This document shows positions 19,444 through 28,761 of a stretch of 64,000 nt of DNA, in pieces. The number at the start of each line of letters is the position of its first letter. Within the stretch, counting starts at the first letter, position 1. A program made the position numbers and the translations under genes. The notes below the pieces were generated by a model, which was given only the letters and a program-made list of their open reading frames with translations, searched no databases and was not told the DNA's origin. The stretch lies in NCBI GenBank assembly GCA_964633315.1, contig CAZWGS010000011.1, positions 6,879 through 70,878 on the forward strand, in the 5' to 3' direction. The stretch is from an uncultured bacterium. GTDB lineage: Bacteria > Cyanobacteriota > Cyanobacteriia > Cyanobacteriales > CAWCAG01.

Positions 19444-20817
19444 ATGGTGGCTCGAACGTACAAGCTAAGGAATTTCCGAGAATTTGTCAAAACCAAAATC
19501 TTCTTTGGTAATGAACCTACACCAGAATTAATTGCTATTCTCAGTGTTTATTTCGTTCAAGGAATCCTTGAGTTAGCACGTTTAGCTGTCAGTTTTTTCC
19601 TCAAAGATGATCTTGGCTTAACTCCAGCCGAAGTGGCTGCTATCACTGGAATTGCTTCTCTACCTTGGGTGATTAAGCCTCTGTTTGGTTTTCTTTCTGA
19701 TGGTTTACCAATTTTAAATTATCGTCGTCGCCCTTATATTATCCTCTCGGGTATCTTAGGTACTGCCAGTTGGCTAGCAATAGCAACAGTAGTCCATGAT
19801 ACTGCAACAGCCATGCTCGCAATGCTAGTTAGTTCTCTATCTGTTGCGATCAGCGATGTCATCGTCGACTCATTAGTAGTAGAGAGGGCGCGCAATGAAT
19901 CTTTTTCCCAAACAGGTTCACTGCAATCTCTGTGTTGGGGTACTTCTGCCCTTGGCGGGTTAATTACAGCTTATCTGAGTGGTTGGCTATTGCAGCAATT
20001 TACAACTCAAACCGTCTTTTTAATTACCGCCACTTTTCCTCTCATTACCTGTTTTGTGGCATGGTTAATTGCGGAATCACCAGTAACGACAGGTTTAAAC
20101 TTCTCCAGAGTAGGCAGCCAAATTAAGCAGCTACGCCAAGCAATTACCCAAAAAAGCATTTGGTTACCCACTGCTTTTATTTTCCTCTGGCAAGCAACTC
20201 CTAGTGCCGAATCAGCCTTCTTTTTCTTTTCCACCAATGAATTAGGTTTTGAAGCTGAATTTCTAGGTAAAGTGCGCCTGGTTACCAGTGTCGCAGCTTT
20301 AGTTGGCGTTTGGATTTATCAACGCTTCCTCAAACAGATTTCCCTGCGCCTCATCCTCGGTTGGAGTATTGTGATTTCCTGCGCTTTAGGTATGACAACT
20401 TTAATCCTGGTTACCCATGCTAACCGCGCCTTGGGAATTGATGACTACTGGTTTAGTTTGGGCGATAGTTTAATCCTCACGGTAATGGGACAAATCGCCT
20501 TTATGCCCGTACTCGTACTTTCAGCGCGTCTGTGTCCACCTGGCATTGAAGCTACTCTATTTGCGCTGCTGATGTCAATTTGGAATCTTGCACTAACACT
20601 TTCTCAGGAATTAGGTGCTTTATTGACTCACTTGCTGGGTGTTACGGAAACCAATTTTGAGTATCTTTGGCTGCTACTCGTCATCACCAATCTTTCCACC
20701 CTCCTTCCCCTTCCTTTTATCGGTTGGTTACCAAGTATGGAAGCAATAGACACCGATAAAACAGAGGAAACAGAAAACGAAGAAGACAACAAAGAACTAC
20801 AACCTTTAACCTTGTAA
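19444..20817 (+). CDS. Folate/biopterin transporter (BT1) family MFS protein
   Basis: It is a 12-TM-type protein with LKDDLGLTPAE......LPWVIKPLFGFLSD near the N-terminus, typical of BT1. Confidence 0.8.
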   Translation: MVARTYKLRNFREFVKTKIFFGNEPTPELIAILSVYFVQGILELARLAVSFFLKDDLGLTPAEVAAITGIASLPWVIKPLFGFLSDGLPILNYRRRPYIILSGILGTASWLAIATVVHDTATAMLAMLVSSLSVAISDVIVDSLVVERARNESFSQTGSLQSLCWGTSALGGLITAYLSGWLLQQFTTQTVFLITATFPLITCFVAWLIAESPVTTGLNFSRVGSQIKQLRQAITQKSIWLPTAFIFLWQATPSAESAFFFFSTNELGFEAEFLGKVRLVTSVAALVGVWIYQRFLKQISLRLILGWSIVISCALGMTTLILVTHANRALGIDDYWFSLGDSLILTVMGQIAFMPVLVLSARLCPPGIEATLFALLMSIWNLALTLSQELGALLTHLLGVTETNFEYLWLLLVITNLSTLLPLPFIGWLPSMEAIDTDKTEETENEEDNKELQPLTL

Positions 20818-20827
20818 TTAATAACAC

Positions 20828-22309
20828 ATGATTTTACAAACAACTACTGAATCTACTAATACTTACAATCAAGAACAATGGCAAAAGGGCTACACCTCCC
20901 AAACCGAAGAATATGATTATTGGATTGATGAGATAGAAGGGGAAATTCCAGCCCAATTAGAGGGAACCTTCTTTCGCAATGGTCCTGGTTTATTAGATAT
21001 TGATGGTACAGAGATTAGACATCCCTTTGATGGTGATGGCATGATTTGTGCTGTTACCTTTACTAGAGGGCGCGCCCATTTTCGTAATCGCTTTGTGCGT
21101 ACCGAAGGTTTTGTGCGAGAACAAGAAGAAGGTAAAATTCTCTACCGTGGTGTTTTTGGCACCAAAAAATCAGGAAACTGGCTGCAAAATGCCTTCGACT
21201 TCCGACTCAAAAATATTGCTAATACCAACGTCATCTACTGGGGTGGTAAATTACTGGCATTATGGGAAGCTGCTGAACCCCATCGCCTCAATCCCCACAA
21301 TCTAGAAACCATTGGCTTAGATTACCTTGATGGTATTCTACAACCAGGTGATGCTTTTGCTGCCCACCCTTGGATTGATCCCCATTGCGAATTAGATGGG
21401 GGAGAACCCTGTTTAGTTAATTTTTCCGTTAAAACAGGTATCTCCAGCAAAATTACGATTTTTGAGTTCAGTCCCACTGGTAAACTGTTGCGTAAACAAG
21501 AGTCTAATGTGCCTGGTTTTGCCTTCATGCACGACTTTGCCATTACTCCCAACTATTGCATCTTTTTCCAAAATTCAGTTACCTTCAATCCTATTCCCTT
21601 CGCTTTAGGATTGCGTGGCGCTGGAGAGTGTGTCAAATTCCAACCGAATCAACCCACTAAAATTATTCTGATTCCTCGCCAACCTGAATCAGGAAAAGAA
21701 CTACAAATACTGGAAGTTAAGGCTGGTTTCGTCTTCCACCACGGTAACGCTTTTGAGCAAGGAGAAGAAATTGTTCTCGATTCCATTTGCTATGACTCCT
21801 TGCCAGAGTTAGACGAAAATACAAGCTATAAAGATGTAGATTTCAGTTCCTTGGCACCATCGCAACTGTGGCGCTTTAATCTAGACTTAGCCTCCAAAAA
21901 AGTAACCAAAAAACTCATAGATAGTCGCTGCTGTGAATTTCCCACCCTTAACCCCAATCAGGTAGGGCGATCCTATCGTTATCTTTTCATGGGTGCTGGT
22001 TCACAAACAACAGGAACTGTTCCCCTACAAGCGATTCAGAAACTAGATTGGCATACTGGAGAAACTCAACTTTGGGATGCTGCACCCACAGGTTATGTCA
22101 GCGAACCAATTTTTGTCCCCAAACCCCAGGCACAGGAGGAAGATGAAGGTTGGTTGCTAACACTGGTGTATGATGGCGAAAACCATCGCTCTGATGTGGT
22201 CATTTTGGATGCTAGTGATTTACGCAAGCCACCCATTGCCAAATTGCACCTAAAACACCATATTCCCTACGGTTTACACGGTAGTTGGACTTCCCAATGC
22301 TTCTCGTGA
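20828..22309 (+). CDS. Carotenoid cleavage oxygenase (apocarotenoid oxygenase-like)
   Basis: It contains FFRNGPG.......HPFDGDGMI, the conserved His-containing strands (FAAHP, FMHDF, FHHGNAF) and a C-terminal HGSW. Confidence 0.9.
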   Translation: MILQTTTESTNTYNQEQWQKGYTSQTEEYDYWIDEIEGEIPAQLEGTFFRNGPGLLDIDGTEIRHPFDGDGMICAVTFTRGRAHFRNRFVRTEGFVREQEEGKILYRGVFGTKKSGNWLQNAFDFRLKNIANTNVIYWGGKLLALWEAAEPHRLNPHNLETIGLDYLDGILQPGDAFAAHPWIDPHCELDGGEPCLVNFSVKTGISSKITIFEFSPTGKLLRKQESNVPGFAFMHDFAITPNYCIFFQNSVTFNPIPFALGLRGAGECVKFQPNQPTKIILIPRQPESGKELQILEVKAGFVFHHGNAFEQGEEIVLDSICYDSLPELDENTSYKDVDFSSLAPSQLWRFNLDLASKKVTKKLIDSRCCEFPTLNPNQVGRSYRYLFMGAGSQTTGTVPLQAIQKLDWHTGETQLWDAAPTGYVSEPIFVPKPQAQEEDEGWLLTLVYDGENHRSDVVILDASDLRKPPIAKLHLKHHIPYGLHGSWTSQCFS

Positions 22310-22337
22310 CAATAGGTAAATAGGGAATTTTTTGTTG

Positions 22338-22388
22338 GCGGTGGGTAGCTACCTGAGTCATCCCTAGAAGCAATAGACTACCCACCGC
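22338..22388 (+). terminator. Possible terminator hairpin after the oxygenase gene
   Basis: An 11-bp stem GCGGTGGGTAG (22338-22348) / CTACCCACCGC (22378-22388) is followed by TTT. The loop is long at 29 nt, so this call is weak. Confidence 0.35.
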
Positions 22389-22549
22389 TTTCGGTAATCC
22401 GTAATTTTGTTACAAGTCTTTAATCTTTAAGTGAGATTGGATGAAATTACAGAGAAGTTAACTCAAAATATTAGGATATTTACCTTTAATCTCCATATTC
22501 TGGTTGTTATTTTATACCAGGAGTGACGAGCTAGGAGCTGACAGTCGGA

Positions 22550-23536
22550 ATGAAATTTAGTATTGTTATTACAACCTACAACCGTCTAAATTTGCTCAAA
22601 CGAGCGATTAATAGCGCACTCAATCAGAGCATTCCCTGTGAAATTGTCGTGGTGGATGATAATTCTAGTGATGGCACACAAGAATATGTCACTACTCTCA
22701 AACGAAAATTATCAGTAACGTCGGAAAAAACGATAGTTTACCATCGCAATCAGTCTAACTTAGGTCACTCTCAAAGCGTAAATGCTGGAGTATCTTTGGC
22801 CAGTTGCGAGTGGATTAAACCTCTCGATGATGATGACTATCTTGCTCCCAATTGTTTGGCACAATTAAATCAGGCAATTAAACTCTATCCCTACGCAGTC
22901 ATTTGTTCTTCTCAAGCAAAACAAGTTAATGAAGCAGGAGAGGAACTAACTATAACTCGCCAGGTAGGTTCACAGCCAATTGTGGCAATTCCCCAAGATG
23001 ATATTCACTATGGAATGTTGTTAGAAATGCTACCCTTTGGTACTCCGGCACAGGTTGTTTTTAAACGTAATATCTTTTTGCAAACGGGAGGTTGGGATTC
23101 TGGTTTAGATACCAATTTTGATGATATCGATTCCTGGGTCAAAATTGCCCAATTTGGAGATGCGATTTTTATTAATCAGTGTTTAGCATATAGAACTATT
23201 TGGCCTGGAGCCTATAATCACAAAATTTCTTTCCAAAAACGACTCGAAACCAATATTTTAATTAAGCGTAGAATTTATGATTGTGTCAGCTCCAAATATC
23301 AAGCAATAATGCCTAGTTTTGCAGCAATTACAAGATACTTACAACTGCATTGGAGTTTGGCTGCTATTAAGCAAGGTAAAATTTCTGTCGCCAGCAAAAA
23401 TGCAATTCCTGCTTGCTTTTGCTGGCAAGCTTGGCAGTTGTTGATTAATCGAGTCAGTAAAAGTAATGCTTACTGCAATTCTCTGCCTTCTCATTCCCCA
23501 GCCCTAGTCAAAGAACGAGTACAGATGTTTGATTGA
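22550..23536 (+). CDS. Family 2 glycosyltransferase
   Basis: It starts with FSIVITTYNR......SAL.Q and has the VVDDNSSDGT and LDDDDY motifs. Confidence 0.8.
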   Translation: MKFSIVITTYNRLNLLKRAINSALNQSIPCEIVVVDDNSSDGTQEYVTTLKRKLSVTSEKTIVYHRNQSNLGHSQSVNAGVSLASCEWIKPLDDDDYLAPNCLAQLNQAIKLYPYAVICSSQAKQVNEAGEELTITRQVGSQPIVAIPQDDIHYGMLLEMLPFGTPAQVVFKRNIFLQTGGWDSGLDTNFDDIDSWVKIAQFGDAIFINQCLAYRTIWPGAYNHKISFQKRLETNILIKRRIYDCVSSKYQAIMPSFAAITRYLQLHWSLAAIKQGKISVASKNAIPACFCWQAWQLLINRVSKSNAYCNSLPSHSPALVKERVQMFD

Positions 23537-23768
23537 CAAACAAGCTGTTGTATGTGTATTTAAAATCAAGAGCTGATGACATATTGTGACACTAAAGCGA
23601 TCATAGTGTAAAGAGACTTAACGAAAACTTTTTGATCTCTCTTGGAAATTATCTTGTAAACTGCTTAAATAGTTGTACAATTTTCCCCTTTAGTGCTGCA
23701 AGAAACCAGGCTAGATCGACTCGGATAGTTTTTCTTGCATGCACAGCATCATCAGGAGTTCATCAGCA

Positions 23769-23933
23769 ATGAATAAAATAACTAACGTGAAGCTACGCCC
23801 AAACCCTTTTACAACATATCGAGATCCTGAAACAGGAATTTGGAAAGTGCTCAAGGCTAATCTAGAATCTTCAGAATCAGGTAATCATAGTTTAAAACTA
23901 GAGTGTTCATCGAAACAAAAAACAGCCAGCTAG
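23769..23933 (+). CDS. Hypothetical small protein (54 aa from the internal ATG)
   Basis: GGAG lies about 11 nt upstream of the ATG at 23769, and the ORF reads MNKITNVKLRPNPFTTYRDPETGIWKVLK... I recognised no family. Confidence 0.3.
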   Translation: MNKITNVKLRPNPFTTYRDPETGIWKVLKANLESSESGNHSLKLECSSKQKTAS

Positions 23934-24011
23934 GTTTAGTCTGGGCTGAATATCTGTGCATAAGTCCTGATAGTCTATATTAATCAGCTAATGTAGATTT
24001 AAAGACGCTAA

Positions 24012-24473
24012 ATGAGTAAGCCTTTTCGTTCTCTTTTGTCCTTGATGTTAGTAGTACTTACCACTTTTTTGGTAAGCTGCGGTTCTCCAAGTGCAACTAA
24101 AGCACCTCCTACCTATACTGCTGAAACAATTGAGCAAATTCAGCAATTAGTGGTTCCAATTCAGTCAATGCGTGATCGCATGACAACGGAATTAGCTGAT
24201 TTGATTGATAATGAAGATTGGATCTATGTCAGAAACCTAATCCATGGTCCTTTAGGAGACTTGCGCTACAGCATGGGCTACATTTCTCGCCAACTTTTGC
24301 CTCAAGATCAAAAAGCGGCGCAAGAACTAGCTCAAGAAGTAGCCAATGATCTTGATAGAATTGACTCAGCAGCACAAGAAAAAGATGCTGTTCAAGTATC
24401 TGTTCTCTATAGCAAGGCATTACGTGATTTTGATGCTTTCTTGGATTTAATCCCCTCTGAAAGCGCAATATGA
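24012..24473 (+). CDS. psbQ: Photosystem II lipoprotein CyanoQ (PsbQ-like)
   Basis: It has a lipobox LVSCGS, a size of about 150 aa, and four-helix-type sequence ending in ...YSKALRDFDAFLDLIP, as in cyanobacterial PsbQ. Confidence 0.7.
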   Translation: MSKPFRSLLSLMLVVLTTFLVSCGSPSATKAPPTYTAETIEQIQQLVVPIQSMRDRMTTELADLIDNEDWIYVRNLIHGPLGDLRYSMGYISRQLLPQDQKAAQELAQEVANDLDRIDSAAQEKDAVQVSVLYSKALRDFDAFLDLIPSESAI

Positions 24474-25558
24474 TCCGAATCGCCATTATTGGCTGCGGTG
24501 TTGTGGGAGCTGCGATTGCCTACGAGTTAAGCTTAATAGAAGGGTTGGATATAACTCTTTTAGACCGCAAAACTCCGGCATCTGGCTCCACCGGTGCCGC
24601 TCTTGGTGTTTTAATGGGGACAATTAGCCATAAAACTAAGGGTAGAGCTTGGCAACTACGCTCAGCAAGTATGCGACGCTACGCCACCTTAATTCCTGAG
24701 TTGGAAGCGATTACAAAGCAAACCATTCCCCACAACCGTCACGGTATCGTCAAGTTACGCTTCGCTGGGGAAAAATTAGCCAAATGGGAGAAACTGCAGC
24801 AATTGCGCCGCCAAGAGGGTTGGCAGCTAGAAATCTGGGATGCGGCACAGTTAAAGGTAAAATGTCCCCAGGTAGAAAATGAGCGTGTTGTCGGCGGTAT
24901 TTATTCTCCTCAAGATTTACAGATTAATCCCGTGGCGCTAACTCAAGCTTTAGTGGCGGCGGCACAGATGCGTGGTGTGCGTACGCTGTTTGGAGTAAAG
25001 TTAGAGCAAATACTAACCCAGGGTAATCGCTGCACTGGTATACAGACAACAGCTGGTAATTTGGCAGTGGATTGGCTTATTATTAGCGCTGGCTTGGGTT
25101 CTACTAACTTAACTTCTAGCTTAGAGCAGCCTTTAGATCTGCGTCCAGTTTTGGGGCAAGCAATTCAGGTAAAATTGCCCTATAGTTTAGGTAATCCTCA
25201 GTTTCAGCCAGTGATTACTGGGGAGGATTTAAACATTGTGCCAATTGCAGAAAACGAGTATTGGATTGGGGCAACCGTAGAATTTGCCGATGAATCAGGG
25301 GAAGTAGTGGCAAATACGGCATTATTGGAACAGATGAAGCAACAAGCCATTTCCTTTTGTGGCGATCTAGCCCATGCTAGCATCATCAGCTCTTGGTCTG
25401 GTAAGCGTCCTCGTCCTGAAGGTCGTAGTGCACCTATAATCGAACAATCACCTGCCTATCCTAACCTAATCTTGGCCACTGGTCACTATCGCAACGGCGT
25501 GTTGCTTGCACCTGCTACTGCATTGAACATTCGAGAGTTGATAGTAAGTAAAATATAG
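24470..25558 (+). CDS. FAD-dependent oxidoreductase (DAO / glycine oxidase ThiO-like)
   Basis: It has the N-terminal dinucleotide fold IAIIGCGVVGAAIAYEL and a C-terminal ATGHYRNGVLLAP. Its start overlaps the psbQ stop (ATGA). Confidence 0.8.
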   Translation: MIRIAIIGCGVVGAAIAYELSLIEGLDITLLDRKTPASGSTGAALGVLMGTISHKTKGRAWQLRSASMRRYATLIPELEAITKQTIPHNRHGIVKLRFAGEKLAKWEKLQQLRRQEGWQLEIWDAAQLKVKCPQVENERVVGGIYSPQDLQINPVALTQALVAAAQMRGVRTLFGVKLEQILTQGNRCTGIQTTAGNLAVDWLIISAGLGSTNLTSSLEQPLDLRPVLGQAIQVKLPYSLGNPQFQPVITGEDLNIVPIAENEYWIGATVEFADESGEVVANTALLEQMKQQAISFCGDLAHASIISSWSGKRPRPEGRSAPIIEQSPAYPNLILATGHYRNGVLLAPATALNIRELIVSKI

Positions 25559-25614
25559 CCTTCTCTCTCAGTGTTAGCTGCAGCTAGGCTCAAATATTTA
25601 ACTATTAGATTTTA

Positions 25615-28600
25615 ATGTCTAAAAGCTTTTGGAATCGACTGATATTATTGCTATTAGCGCTGTTTACTTTGAGCTTGGTATTAGATATTGCCTCGCGTCT
25701 AGTGGCAGAAATACTCTGGTTTGAGGAAGTTAAGTATCTTTCAGTTTTCACCAAGCGCCTAATCACGCAATTACTCTTACTCTTTGCTGGTATTGTACCT
25801 AGTGCTGCCTTTTTGCTCGGAAATTTATTTTTAGCCCAGCGTTTCCAATACCAATCGCCACAAAATTCAACCAGCAAAGTACCCTTTATCTCAGTCTCAA
25901 CAATTCGCCTCCCCACTCTACTAACAATTGCCATCATCCTCAGCGGCATTATTGCCTTGATGGTAATTCACGATCTTCAAATTGCTGACCAATTCTGGCA
26001 ACTAGATTTAAGCCTAGCGAAAATTACACCACCTTTGCCAGCACCCTTTGATTGGAAGGCTGGACAACAAATCCTGATTCAAATTGTCGCACAACCTTGG
26101 AAAATTGGCGTTTTCCTAACGGTAATGGTCATATTATTAATCAGACCAGAATTTTGTCTGCGTGCCCTTGCCATCTTGATGAGCCTTTTTTTTGGCTTAG
26201 TATTAGCGGGTAATTGGGAGCGTTTTCTCCAATACTTAAACCAGACAGAATTCGGACAAATAGAACCCTTATTTAACAAAGATATTAGTTTTTATGTTTT
26301 TAATTTACCCATCTGGGAAATTAGTAATTTTTGGCTGGGAGGACTATTTTGGTATAGCCTAATTTCCGTCACGCTAGTGTATTTACTGTCAGGAAATAGC
26401 CTATCGGAAGGCAAATTTCCCGGCTTTTCCCTACCGCAACTGCGCCATATCTATTTTTTAGGTGTTGTTGTCATGTTAATTACCGCCCTACGCCACTTGC
26501 TTACCCGCTATGAGCTTTTGTACTCAATCCAAGGCGTATCCTATGGTGCCAGTTACACCGAAGTCAAGACGCAACTACCAGCAGAAATGGTTTTGAGTGT
26601 AGTTGCCCTCACTATCGCCTTGTGGTTTCTATTTCGGGCGATTTTTGGTCGCTGGTACAGTTATAAATCAAAGCAACTTTCTCCCTCTAAGTTGCCCTTG
26701 AGAACTCACTTGCGCTACCTTCTCCTATTATTATTTGGCAATTACTTTGTCATCGCAGCCATTGGTACCATCTTAATCCCTGCAATTGTACAGACTCTGC
26801 AAGTACAACCCAACGAACTGGAACTAGAAACCCCCTACATCAAGCGTAGCATTGCCTTGACCAGAGCAGCCTTCGCCCTAGACACCATTGAAGTGAAAAC
26901 CTTTGACCCCGATGCACAACTGAGCGCTGCAAAAATCGAGGATAATAACCTTACCATTAAAAATATTCGTCTGTGGGATCAACGCCCACTGTTGCAAACA
27001 AACAGGCAACTCCAGCAAATCCGCCTCTACTATGGCTTTTCCGATGCTGATATTGATCGCTATAACCTAAAACTGGAAACATCAGGGGTAAGTGATGCAC
27101 TGCCAAATTCCAGTCTACTCCCAAGCAATGCTGATGACCCACTGCCCGGCGAAAAACAACAGGTAATTATTGCGCCGCGAGAACTTGACTATGAGGAAGT
27201 GCCAAGCCAAGCTAAAACTTGGGTTAATAAACATTTAGTTTATACCCACGGCTATGGTTTTACCATCTCCCCCGTTAATCGAGTAGCCGAAGGGGGATTG
27301 CCCTACTATTATGTTCGAGATATTGGCACAGCCGACGAAGCAGGGGCACTGCTTACCTCTAGCACTATTATTGCCGATAGCATTCCCATTACTAATCCAC
27401 GTATTTACTACGGAGAATACACCAAAAACTACATTATGACCTCCACCAAAGCCCAGGAATTGGACTTTCCCAGTGGAGAGGAAAATGTCTATAACACCTA
27501 CGATGGTACAGGGGGCATTGATATTGGTAATTATGGACGCAGATTTTTATTTGCGGAGTATCTCAAAGACTGGCAAATGTTGTTTACCAATAACTTTCAG
27601 AGTGATACGAAGTTATTATTTCGTCGCCCCATTAAAAGACGCGCCCAGATTATTGCACCCTTTTTGCGCTACGATGGCGATCCCTATCTAGTAACAGCAA
27701 ACGCCTCATTGCCTTCCCAAGCCAACTCATCGAGCCAAAATAATCATCTCTACTGGATTTTAGACGCCTATACCACCAGCGATCGCTACCCCTATTCTGA
27801 TCCAGGAGACAATACTTTCAACTACATTCGTAACTCTGTCAAAGTAGTAATCGATGCCTACAACGGTAATGTAGATTTCTTTGTTGCCGATGCCAAGGAT
27901 CCGATGATCCAAACATGGACTAAAATTTTCCCTAAGCTTTTCCATCCCCTAGAAGCAATGCCAGCAGCTTTGCGTAGTCATGTTCGCTATCCGGCGGATC
28001 TATTTAGCACTCAATCGGAGAGATTACTAACCTACCATATGACAGATCCCCAGGTATTCTACAATCGAGAAGACCAATGGCAAACTCCTCAGGAAATCTA
28101 CGGCAATGAATCTCGACCTGTAGAGCCATATTACATGATTACCAAATTGCCCACAGAGCAAGCAGAAGAATTTATTTTACTATCGCCATTCACACCCACC
28201 AGCCGTAATAATTTAATTGCCTGGATGGCTGGGCGTGCCGATGGTGATAATTATGGCAAACTGTTGCTGTATCAATTTCCCAAGCAAAAACTGGTTTATG
28301 GTACAGAACAAATCGAAGCCTTAATTAATCAAGATCCGGTCATTTCTCAGCAAATTTCCCTTTGGAATCGCCAAGGATCGCGAGCAGTTCAAGGTAACCT
28401 GTTGGTAATTCCCATCGAACAATCTCTACTTTATGTCGAGCCTTTGTACCTCGAAGCCGAAGAAAATAGCTTACCAACCCTAGTGAGAGTTATCGTCGTT
28501 TACGACAATCGCGTAGTAATGGCAGAAACTCTAGAAAAATCCCTGACAGCTATTTTTGAGCCCGAAAAGCTTGAGCAGACAACGATAATTCGTTCTGTGG

Positions 28601-28623
28601 AATTAGAGAATATTACCAACTAA
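25615..28623 (+). CDS. UPF0182-family large membrane protein
   Basis: The 1002-aa product has multiple N-terminal TM helices and conserved soluble-region strings (NIRLWD, YTHGYGF, NPRIYYGE, HLYWILDAYTTS..YPYS). Confidence 0.75.
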   Translation: MSKSFWNRLILLLLALFTLSLVLDIASRLVAEILWFEEVKYLSVFTKRLITQLLLLFAGIVPSAAFLLGNLFLAQRFQYQSPQNSTSKVPFISVSTIRLPTLLTIAIILSGIIALMVIHDLQIADQFWQLDLSLAKITPPLPAPFDWKAGQQILIQIVAQPWKIGVFLTVMVILLIRPEFCLRALAILMSLFFGLVLAGNWERFLQYLNQTEFGQIEPLFNKDISFYVFNLPIWEISNFWLGGLFWYSLISVTLVYLLSGNSLSEGKFPGFSLPQLRHIYFLGVVVMLITALRHLLTRYELLYSIQGVSYGASYTEVKTQLPAEMVLSVVALTIALWFLFRAIFGRWYSYKSKQLSPSKLPLRTHLRYLLLLLFGNYFVIAAIGTILIPAIVQTLQVQPNELELETPYIKRSIALTRAAFALDTIEVKTFDPDAQLSAAKIEDNNLTIKNIRLWDQRPLLQTNRQLQQIRLYYGFSDADIDRYNLKLETSGVSDALPNSSLLPSNADDPLPGEKQQVIIAPRELDYEEVPSQAKTWVNKHLVYTHGYGFTISPVNRVAEGGLPYYYVRDIGTADEAGALLTSSTIIADSIPITNPRIYYGEYTKNYIMTSTKAQELDFPSGEENVYNTYDGTGGIDIGNYGRRFLFAEYLKDWQMLFTNNFQSDTKLLFRRPIKRRAQIIAPFLRYDGDPYLVTANASLPSQANSSSQNNHLYWILDAYTTSDRYPYSDPGDNTFNYIRNSVKVVIDAYNGNVDFFVADAKDPMIQTWTKIFPKLFHPLEAMPAALRSHVRYPADLFSTQSERLLTYHMTDPQVFYNREDQWQTPQEIYGNESRPVEPYYMITKLPTEQAEEFILLSPFTPTSRNNLIAWMAGRADGDNYGKLLLYQFPKQKLVYGTEQIEALINQDPVISQQISLWNRQGSRAVQGNLLVIPIEQSLLYVEPLYLEAEENSLPTLVRVIVVYDNRVVMAETLEKSLTAIFEPEKLEQTTIIRSVELENITN

Positions 28624-28652
28624 GACGATGGATAAAAACAACCGATAAAAAT

Positions 28653-28757
28653 AACGGATAAGTTATAGACTTTTAACCTACAATCAACCATCCACAATCC
28701 GCAATCAACTAATTAAGACAACGGATAAGTTATAGACTTCTAACCTACAATCAACCA
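28653..28757. repeat. Two copies of a 38-bp direct repeat separated by 29 bp, just upstream of the transporter gene
   Basis: AACGGATAAGTTATAGACTTTTAACCTACAATCAACCA (28653-28690) and the same sequence with one T>C change (28720-28757). Confidence 0.85.
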
Positions 28758-28761
28758 GTTA

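Noticed and set aside
28653-28757. Possible mini-CRISPR (two 38-bp repeats with a 29-bp spacer)
   Set aside because: There are only two repeats and no cas genes or leader. The repeat has no internal palindrome. The spacer itself contains the same ACAATC motif as the repeats, and the array sits in a promoter region. A regulatory or dispersed repeat is the better reading.
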